IMG/VR virus record: IMGVR_UViG_3300037419_001489
Location: 1 to 31,846 of that record
DNA: 31,846 nt
From: a virus
Lineage: Duplodnaviria > Caudoviricetes
Reading direction: 5' to 3' (one strand)
Shown here one piece after another: positions 25,496 to 31,846 of this stretch. The notes beneath the pieces were generated by a model. It did no database searches and was not told the DNA's origin. It worked only from the letters and a program-made list of their open reading frames with translations. How positions within the stretch are numbered: position 1 is the stretch's first letter; every line of letters begins with the position of its first letter. The position numbers and the translations under genes were made by a program.

Positions 25496-25545
25496 GAACC
25501 CATCGGCTCCACCCAAGGCGGCCGACCACAGACGGAGATAAGGCC

Positions 25546-25875
25546 ATGGCTCATCAGGTTCTCGACTTCGGTATCACCGGGACCAGCTTCGAAGTGTTCG
25601 ACGCGCGCACCGGGGACGTGATCGCCCGCGAGATGCGCCCGAGCCGGGACGCCGCCATTGTGGCCGCGGTCGGCACGATCGCCCGCCACACCCCGACTAT
25701 GCTGTTCGTCCTGCGGATGCGCTCCGGCTATTCGGTCTGGCATCCCGAGGCCCGCGCTTGGCTCCCCATGGTCCTCACCCCCGAGGCCAACGACGGAGAC
25801 GCCTTCGACATGGCCGCGGGCTTCGCGTGGGCCAACGGCCGCGCGGTCGAAGTGCTCGACGTGGCCCGGTTCTGA
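25546..25875 (+). CDS. Small early protein (109 aa), unknown function
   Basis: GGAG RBS, directly after P2. Confidence 0.78.
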   Translation: MAHQVLDFGITGTSFEVFDARTGDVIAREMRPSRDAAIVAAVGTIARHTPTMLFVLRMRSGYSVWHPEARAWLPMVLTPEANDGDAFDMAAGFAWANGRAVEVLDVARF

Positions 25876-25890
25876 GGGGAGGCCCGAGCT

Positions 25891-25998
25891 ATGACCCGCG
25901 CCACCCTGGCCGAGCTGGCCGTCCTCACCACGCTCGGCGCTACGACAGCCGCCGTCCTCTACGTCCCCGGCCTGTTTCGATTGATCGCCGGCCTCTAA
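25891..25998 (+). CDS. Small hydrophobic peptide (35 aa)
   Basis: GGAGG RBS; MTRATLAELAVLTTLGATTAAVLYVPGLFRLIAGL. Confidence 0.6.
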   Translation: MTRATLAELAVLTTLGATTAAVLYVPGLFRLIAGL

Positions 25999-26057
25999 GC
26001 CCCACCAGCCCACCCGATTAAATCAGGCCCATCGCGCGGAATTCGTGCGGTGGGCCT

Positions 26058-26086
26058 TTGACATTCCCAAGGATGCTGTCTACAAA
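26058..26086 (+). promoter_or_regulatory. Rightward sigma70 promoter P3 (diverged copy)
   Basis: TTGACA-ttcccaaggatgctgtc(17)-TACAAA, preceded by a 14-bp hairpin 26025-26057. Confidence 0.8.
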
Positions 26087-26129
26087 GAACCCACGGGCGG
26101 CGACCAAGGCACGCCCCGGAGCGCAGACC

Positions 26130-26294
26130 ATGCAAATCGCTTACTTCACCAAGGCCACGAAGACGCAAGGCGCCTTCATCACGATCACCACGCTCGGCCA
26201 GCCCTTCGTGGGCGGCCAGCAACAGCCGGTCGGTGGCAAGCGCGACGCGCGCAAGCTCTGTGAAGCTCTCGGCGTGAAGCCCTGGAATTTCTGA
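26130..26294 (+). CDS. Small early protein (54 aa)
   Basis: GGAG RBS; MQIAYFTKATK...GKRDARKLCEALGVKPWNF. Confidence 0.72.
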   Translation: MQIAYFTKATKTQGAFITITTLGQPFVGGQQQPVGGKRDARKLCEALGVKPWNF

Positions 26295-26347
26295 GCTACC
26301 GGGGCGCTGCGGCGCCCCTTCCTCATTCGTTCACGGGAATTCGGACG

Positions 26348-27016
26348 ATGACCAAGCAAACCGCCCTCGACCTGCAACCCCGGAAATTCGTGGCCTATTA
26401 CCGCGTCTCGACCGCACGCCAGGGCGCAAGCGGGCTCGGCCTGGACGCGCAGCGCGCAGCCGTCGCCGCCCATATTCGCGGGGGCGAGCTGGTCGCGGAA
26501 TTTACCGAGGTCGAGAGCGGCAAGCGCAACGATCGGCCGAAACTCGCGGCTGCGCTGGCCGCAGCCAAAAAGGCGAAAGCCACGCTGGTCATTGCGAAGC
26601 TCGACCGGCTCGCCCGCAACGTCCGCTTTATCGCGACCCTGATGGACACAAAGGGCGTGGAATTCGAGGCGTGCGATTTTCCGCAGGCATCGCGGCTCAC
26701 GCTGCACATTATGGCAGCCGTCGCAGAACATGAGGCAAAAGCCATTTCCGATCGCACGAAAGTCGCCCTGGCCGCAGCCAAGGCCCGCGGCACTAAAATC
26801 GGTTGGGCGGTGGGCGCGCACGCGCACAAGGCCACCGCGGCGCTGGTCGAGCAAGCGGCCGACCGCAAATCCCGCATCGCGCCCATCATTGCCGAGATCC
26901 GGCGCTCGGGCGTGACCACCTATCAGGGCGTTGCCGACGCCCTCAACGCCCGCGGCTACACCACGCCCCGCGGCGGGCAGTGGAGCCCGAAGCAAGTCCA
27001 GCGCGCGGAGGCTTGA
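26348..27016 (+). CDS. Small serine recombinase (resolvase/invertase family) with C-terminal DNA-binding domain
   Basis: YYRVST (catalytic Ser), ESGK...RP.L, KLDRLARN, E...IS.RTK.AL, C-term VADALNARGYTTPRGGQWSPKQV. Confidence 0.93.
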   Translation: MTKQTALDLQPRKFVAYYRVSTARQGASGLGLDAQRAAVAAHIRGGELVAEFTEVESGKRNDRPKLAAALAAAKKAKATLVIAKLDRLARNVRFIATLMDTKGVEFEACDFPQASRLTLHIMAAVAEHEAKAISDRTKVALAAAKARGTKIGWAVGAHAHKATAALVEQAADRKSRIAPIIAEIRRSGVTTYQGVADALNARGYTTPRGGQWSPKQVQRAEA

Positions 27017-27120
27017 TCCTCCGCCCTGGTGACGGCATACAAGCCGCGCCAGCCGTCATCGCCCGATGCGGCCGGCATGTGGGATCAAGTCGCCCTAGAT
27101 TTCGGGGTGGCTTTTAGCCT

Positions 27121-27173
27121 ACGCACCCATAACGCCGCCCGGGATGACCTTCCCCGGCGGCGTTGTGCGTTTT
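27121..27173 (+). terminator. Terminator-like hairpin after the recombinase
   Basis: aacgccgcc...ggcggcgtt stem, extendable, followed by a T-rich tract. Confidence 0.6.
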
Positions 27174-27274
27174 AGGGGTTGTTTTGTTAACCTGTGGCGG
27201 GCATGTAGGGCGCTCGCAAGCGCGAATGCGACCGACCGGACCCAACGGGTCCCATTAGGGAAATGACCGCCAGC

Positions 27275-27318
27275 AAGGCCCCGCATCCGGTCACACGGTG
27301 CGGGGCCTTCTGATTTTC
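27275..27318 (+). terminator. Terminator-like hairpin
   Basis: aaggccccgcatc/ggtgcggggcctt followed by ctgatttt. Confidence 0.6.
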
Positions 27319-27510
27319 TGGCCTTGGCATTTTAATTTCGGCGCTGTAGCCTAATCGGGCTAGGCGACGCATTTTCCGCCGGCACAGCCCCCAAGGCTCC
27401 CCCAAAATTCGCACAGCCTATTTCCAGCCCACGTGCGCGCGTGGCTGACGACGCTTGCACATTGGCGTGAGCCCTTCCCGGAGAAATTCCGAATATGGAA
27501 GGCCCCGAAT

Positions 27511-28584
27511 ATGTCGCCTTTTTCCAAGTTTCCGAATGCGGCACAAAAAGCCGGCTCATTCTTACGCCGCGCTCTCGCGTCCCTAAACCGCGGGTGGTCC
27601 ATTCCGCCGGAGCGGATCGAGCTGGCAACGCGCATAAAGAATATCGAACCGCAGCCTACCCCGTTCCTGGAGCGGATCGAGCTGGCGCTGAAAAACCCGC
27701 CGAAACTGTTGCTGGAGCCGCACGAACCTCTGACGGAAATGCCGGACCCGCAATGGGTCCAGGAGGCGCGCAACTTCACGCCGGAGGAATTGCTTTGCGA
27801 TCCGTACCCGGCCGAGCTGGCGCGCTCTACGGCGCCATTATGCGACGGACCCCCGGCGAAGGCTCATAAAGCCCGCAACGTCCTGGGGAGTTTCACCGCG
27901 GGCGAACACCACAAGTGGCTGGACGCCTGCAATTTCCTAGTCGAGCTGGGATATTATTGGAACGGGCACCAATGGCGGGTGAATAAGACCAGCAAAGCCG
28001 GCGAGGAAATCCGCAAACAGCTCTCGGCCGTCCGCACGCTGATAAGCTACGGCTTCGTGTACCGCGGCGGTGTCTTCTGGTCACAGCACACGGACGACGG
28101 CTTTTTCCTGCGGGTCCATCGGGACCGCTTGGCGGATGGCCCGCTCCCCGAGCTGGTGCCGATGACGCTCGACCAGAAAGAGCGCGCCCACGGGGCGGTG
28201 CGGTTGCTGCGCACGCTCGGCTGGCGGTGGGAGAGGACGGGCGATCATGGCCGATGGGATAAGCCCGAGCCCCTGCCCGAGCCCGCCCCGGGTGTGGCCG
28301 ACAACCTGCGGGACGCGATTGCCTTCGCCCTGGACGACCACAACCCGGACGGCCTGGAATGGCTGCGGGCCTGGAATGACGGGGACGAAGGCGCCGACCA
28401 AGAGCTGTGCCAATGGCGGGAGCACCGCCAGCCGAAGCACAGCCCGGAGCCGGTGTGGACCCGGGATTTCCGGCAGGCGGAACACCCGTGCGGCGCCTAT
28501 TCCCGCAAGGCTGGCAAATGCGTGTTGCCGGAGAAGGTAAGCAACCGCGCGCGCTGCGCCAAATGCCCGGAGCGCCGCCCATGA
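27511..28584 (+). CDS. Hypothetical protein with three LxxxG(Y/F/W)x(W/Y)...W repeats and a Cys-rich C-terminus
   Basis: GGAAGG RBS before MSPFSK; long ORF ending in an ATGA overlap. Confidence 0.72.
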   Translation: MSPFSKFPNAAQKAGSFLRRALASLNRGWSIPPERIELATRIKNIEPQPTPFLERIELALKNPPKLLLEPHEPLTEMPDPQWVQEARNFTPEELLCDPYPAELARSTAPLCDGPPAKAHKARNVLGSFTAGEHHKWLDACNFLVELGYYWNGHQWRVNKTSKAGEEIRKQLSAVRTLISYGFVYRGGVFWSQHTDDGFFLRVHRDRLADGPLPELVPMTLDQKERAHGAVRLLRTLGWRWERTGDHGRWDKPEPLPEPAPGVADNLRDAIAFALDDHNPDGLEWLRAWNDGDEGADQELCQWREHRQPKHSPEPVWTRDFRQAEHPCGAYSRKAGKCVLPEKVSNRARCAKCPERRP

Positions 28585-28766
28585 CCAGCGCCGACCGCCC
28601 CACAACCTGCCAAGCGCGGCAATGGTCGGATGAAATGGTCTGCGCCGTCTGCCGGCTGCGGTGGGACATGAACGACCCGGAGCCGCCAGCCTGCAACCCG
28701 GAGCGGAAGGAAGCTCCAGCGATACGGATTTTTCCTCGCTGGAAAACGTGGCGCGGGCTGCGATAA
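28581..28766 (+). CDS. Small Cys-rich (Zn-binding-like) protein (61 aa)
   Basis: ATGA overlap; CQARQWSDEMVCAVCRLRWDMNDPEPPAC. Confidence 0.7.
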   Translation: MTSADRPTTCQARQWSDEMVCAVCRLRWDMNDPEPPACNPERKEAPAIRIFPRWKTWRGLR

Positions 28767-28781
28767 CGAAAGCGTGAATTT

Positions 28782-29309
28782 TTACAATTCGTAACGGACT
28801 GCGCGCCGCTTGGGTTTTGCCCGAGCGGCGTTGTTCTTTTCAACCTGTGCGCGAAGGTCGGCACGGGCGAAAGTGTATGCTATCAGGGCGGCTTCGGCGG
28901 TGCCGGTGTCGAGGCCCCCACGCGGGCCATTGTGGGCGAATAAATCAATTTCAGGCATGATTTTCCGCGCAAGGGCATACGCAGCTTTTTTATCGACCGG
29001 ACAGCCAAGTTTGCCCTTCCACCAGGACGACGCAACGTAAAACCGAGAACAACCGGCGAGCGCAACCGCGGCTTCTGTTCGGCCAAAGCTCCGGCCGTAT
29101 TCAAATTGATTGGCGTCCCCCTGTGCGCCCTGCGCGCGTTCCAAAAGAGTGTCCGGGGAATTCCACGCTTTTAACGCTTCAAATAACGGCCGGTCGCAAT
29201 TTTCAAACTCCAATGGCCCACCGTCCACCAGACGCATTTTCCTAACGTCAATTATCGCCCACCCGCCGGATTTTCCGGGGTCTATTCCGCAAACAAATTC
29301 GGTTGACAT
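28782..29309 (-). CDS. RuvC-like Holliday junction resolvase
   Basis: GIDPGKSGGWAII, LLE, FEYGRSFG, WKGKLG...DK, AEAALIA. Confidence 0.88.
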   Translation of the reverse strand: MSTEFVCGIDPGKSGGWAIIDVRKMRLVDGGPLEFENCDRPLFEALKAWNSPDTLLERAQGAQGDANQFEYGRSFGRTEAAVALAGCSRFYVASSWWKGKLGCPVDKKAAYALARKIMPEIDLFAHNGPRGGLDTGTAEAALIAYTFARADLRAQVEKNNAARAKPKRRAVRYEL

Positions 29310-29495
29310 AATTCCCCATCTCCGATTTATTCATAGCGCGACCCCAAGGCGGTCAGCGATTTGGCACCGGAAAAGCTTCCCGGATGGACATTCCCGGGGG
29401 TTTATCGGTTGCTTAGTCTCACGGCCTGTATAGGTTGCGGGTGGGGCTCCGGGGTTAACGCCCCGGGGCCTCACTTGTGTATGGGAGTCCCCAAA

Positions 29496-30245
29496 ATGGC
29501 GCCGGCCGAGGACTGGACCCGCCGGGAACCCGAGGCCGAGGACCATTCCGGCCAGGAAGACCACACCGAAGACCAGGACGAAGGCGAGCACGGGCCAATC
29601 CCGGGCGAAGCCGACGACACGGACGCCGCGGCAGATTTCGCCGCCATGTCCAACGTTGACCACGACGCGGACAACGGCGGGGAGGCGGCAGATTTCGCCG
29701 CGGCCATGCGCCGGGACTCGGGCTCGAGCAACCGGGACGGTATCGCCCTTGGCGATGGCGGCGCCCTGTCTGCGCGGCAGGCCGCCGGGATCGACCCGGT
29801 GGACGCCGAGACGCACGTCCGGCAAGCCAAGGATCGGACGGGCCTCCAGAACGGCCAGACCGATCACGAAGCCGCGAACGCCCTGGACCCCATCTCGGGG
29901 ACCGCAAACCCGGGTGTGACGGAGACGGTGCGGCACTCCACCCCTGGCCGTATGGGCGCGAACGACATGAGCGGCAAGCCGGCGCTCCCGGACCCGTTCG
30001 CCAACCTGGACAGCCAGGCCAAAGGCGCGATGCAGAAACTCCGCAAGGCGTCGCAGGACGCCCACCAGCGCGGACGCGCCAACGGTCACGGGTGGCTTGA
30101 CCTGCGCCAGCTCGGCGTTGGTAAGGCCGTCATGGACGCCTTGGAGAAGGCCGGCGCGGTGGACAGGTCACACCGGCCCGGCGGGGAATTCTCGCCGGAG
30201 ACGGGGACGGTTTACCGCATCAAGGGCCACGACAAGGCCGCGTAA
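29496..30245 (+). CDS. Hypothetical protein, acidic disordered N-terminus, possible winged-helix C-terminus
   Basis: GGGAG RBS; D/E-rich start; C-term GVGKAVMDALEKAGAVDR...YRI. Confidence 0.68.
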   Translation: MAPAEDWTRREPEAEDHSGQEDHTEDQDEGEHGPIPGEADDTDAAADFAAMSNVDHDADNGGEAADFAAAMRRDSGSSNRDGIALGDGGALSARQAAGIDPVDAETHVRQAKDRTGLQNGQTDHEAANALDPISGTANPGVTETVRHSTPGRMGANDMSGKPALPDPFANLDSQAKGAMQKLRKASQDAHQRGRANGHGWLDLRQLGVGKAVMDALEKAGAVDRSHRPGGEFSPETGTVYRIKGHDKAA

Positions 30246-30252
30246 AGCACCG

Positions 30253-30280
30253 GCCCGGGGGTTTCGGCTCCCGGGCCTTC
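30253..30280 (+). terminator. Hairpin / weak terminator
   Basis: ggcccggggg/ctcccgggcc stem with tttcgg loop, short U tract. Confidence 0.45.
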
Positions 30281-30294
30281 ATTCGGGGAGTACG

Positions 30295-30597
30295 ATGCCG
30301 CAGAGAAACGCGAGACCCGCCACCATCTCCGCCGACGCGATCGAGGCGGGGACCAAATTCGGCTGGTGGGTGGTCGTTTCTCCCGAGATCATACGTCCCG
30401 AGCTACAGCCCGGCGAAACCACCCATTCTCAGCCCCGCCCCGCCTTTCTCATGTGCCATTGCACCGCCTGCGGGCAGACGACCCGCCCCGTGCGCCGCGC
30501 CTTCCTGCTTAACGGCCGCTCCACGTCCTGCTGTCTGCGCGGACCCGCCAAGGCCGCCGCTCTAGCCGCTGGCGTGAAAAACGCCGCGCGGGAATAG
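30295..30597 (+). CDS. Stand-alone Cys-rich domain resembling the N-terminal module of HNH/AP2 homing endonucleases
   Basis: GGGGAG RBS; GTKFGWWVV...MCHCTACG...LLNGRSTSCC. Confidence 0.7.
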   Translation: MPQRNARPATISADAIEAGTKFGWWVVVSPEIIRPELQPGETTHSQPRPAFLMCHCTACGQTTRPVRRAFLLNGRSTSCCLRGPAKAAALAAGVKNAARE

Positions 30598-31846
30598 TGG
30601 CGCGAAGCCACGGCAGCCTTACGCAATTCAGGGCGCTTCCCCACCAGCTTAAAATAATCCCGGAAATGCAAGCCGGGGATAAAATGCTGGTTTGGGACCC
30701 CGGCACCGGAAAAACCTATCCCGTCATCATGGCGGCCGACTTTTGCGGCGGTCCGCATCTGACAATCTGCCCCGCGCATTTGCGCGATCAATGGGCGGAG
30801 CAAGTCGAGCGGTTCACGCCCTGGTCCCGGGTGCGTGTCCTGGAGGCAACCCGCAAGCCGGCCGAGCTGGCCGGCGTGGACTTCGCGATTTGCTCTTTCG
30901 AATACGCCTCCACCCTAGCGCGCTGGAAAGAGCTACGCCGGCACAAATGGGCGAGCTTGGCCGTGGACGAAGCGCACGCGCTTTGCCACCAGGACGCCAA
31001 CCGCACGAAAGCGTTGCTCGGCCACAGCCCCGAGAGCACGTCCGGGCTGGTGTTCGCCGCCGGCCGGGTGTGGTTTTTGACGGGAACCCCGTTCACGTTC
31101 CCCAATGAAATTTACCCGATCGTGAGCCGGGTTTTCCCGGCCGCCACCCGGCGCCGAGGGCAATCCGGCTATATGACCCCGCGCGAGTGGGAGAACGCGT
31201 TTTGCGTGACCCGCCCGGTGGAGGACCCGCGCACCGGCCGGAGTTTTGGGGAAAAGATTGTCGGGGCGAAAAATGTCCCCGAGCTGCGCCAGCGCCTCCG
31301 CCCGTACCTGGATAAAGTCCGCATCGCGGACGTTCATCATAAGCCCGAGATTATCGACACTATTCCGATCCGCGGGGATTTGCGGTCGTTGTTGAAGGGC
31401 CTCCCACCCGAGACGCTGGCCGAATATGAGGCGCTAACCCGGGTCCTGGAGGACGACGCCATTCCCGACGCGGAGAAATTGGCCGCGCTCGACACCGCCG
31501 GGCTGGTGATGGCGCAGCTCCGCCACCATGTCGCGGTCGCAAAAATCGCCGCCACCGCGGAAATAGCGCGGTGGGAGGTCGGAAAGGGAATTGACAAGGT
31601 TTTGATTTTCGGGTGGCATCGCGAGCCCTTGAGGGTGCTGGCGGACAAACTCCAGTCACCTTTGATTTACGGCGGGCAGGGTAAGCGTTCCAAGGCGCAA
31701 GCCCTCGCGTCGTTTATCGACGGCCCATCGCAATTCCTTCTAGGCCAGATCGGCGCCATTGGTACGGGCACCGACGGCCTTCAAGATGTATGCCGGCGCT
31801 CCCTGTTTTTCGAGGCGTCGTGGGCTTACCGAGACAATAAGCAGGC
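30597..31846 (+). CDS. SNF2-family (DEAH) helicase, partial (runs off right edge)
   Basis: Not in the ORF track because it has no stop. GTG overlaps the upstream TAG; WDPGTGKT, TICPAHLRDQW, LAVDEAH, WFLTGTPF, KVLIFGWH, GTGTDGLQ. Confidence 0.92.
   Translation, partial: MARSHGSLTQFRALPHQLKIIPEMQAGDKMLVWDPGTGKTYPVIMAADFCGGPHLTICPAHLRDQWAEQVERFTPWSRVRVLEATRKPAELAGVDFAICSFEYASTLARWKELRRHKWASLAVDEAHALCHQDANRTKALLGHSPESTSGLVFAAGRVWFLTGTPFTFPNEIYPIVSRVFPAATRRRGQSGYMTPREWENAFCVTRPVEDPRTGRSFGEKIVGAKNVPELRQRLRPYLDKVRIADVHHKPEIIDTIPIRGDLRSLLKGLPPETLAEYEALTRVLEDDAIPDAEKLAALDTAGLVMAQLRHHVAVAKIAATAEIARWEVGKGIDKVLIFGWHREPLRVLADKLQSPLIYGGQGKRSKAQALASFIDGPSQFLLGQIGAIGTGTDGLQDVCRRSLFFEASWAYRDNKQ

Larger units (their letters stand above)
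1..31846. mobile_element. Tailed dsDNA phage (podovirus-like morphogenesis module plus early/replication arm); both ends truncated
   Basis: TerL, portal, scaffold, capsid, adaptor, nozzle and ejection genes in canonical order; no tape-measure or sheath genes; no host housekeeping genes in the window. Confidence 0.97.

Noticed and set aside
25069-26086. 31-bp repeats as a CRISPR array
   Set aside because: Spacers are about 370-560 bp and contain ORFs; the repeat is a sigma70 promoter; no cas genes
26348-27016. Recombinase as prophage integrase or IS607 transposase
   Set aside because: Too short for a large serine integrase; lacks the N-terminal HTH and tnpB partner of IS607
28767-29360. Invertible segment around the RuvC-like gene
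   Set aside because: No convincing inverted repeats found at its flanks

Overview
This window is a 31.8-kb piece of a high-GC tailed phage with podovirus-type architecture. The host is probably an Alphaproteobacterium; a Methylobacterium/Rhizobiales-type wHTH gene points that way, by inference. The left ~24 kb is one tightly coupled minus-strand operon: small genes, TerS-like, TerL, portal, scaffold, major capsid, head-tail adaptor, fibre genes and chaperone, an embedded lysis cassette with a GH19 endolysin carrying a C-terminal membrane domain, a nozzle, and four ejection proteins (one with a peptidase S74 chaperone domain, one with a lytic transglycosylase). A ~1-kb repeat-rich non-coding hub (24160-25125) looks like an origin or terminus region and separates the two divergent arms. 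The right arm opens with repeated hairpin-promoter-small ORF cassettes built on a 31-bp repeated sigma70 promoter. These are followed by a small serine recombinase, hypothetical genes, an inverted RuvC-like resolvase and a truncated SNF2 helicase. The most notable signals are the promoter-cassette array next to the serine recombinase, the iteron/IHF-like hub, and two candidate structured RNAs, one antisense to the leader of the wHTH gene. All calls come from reading motifs by eye; no database search was run.
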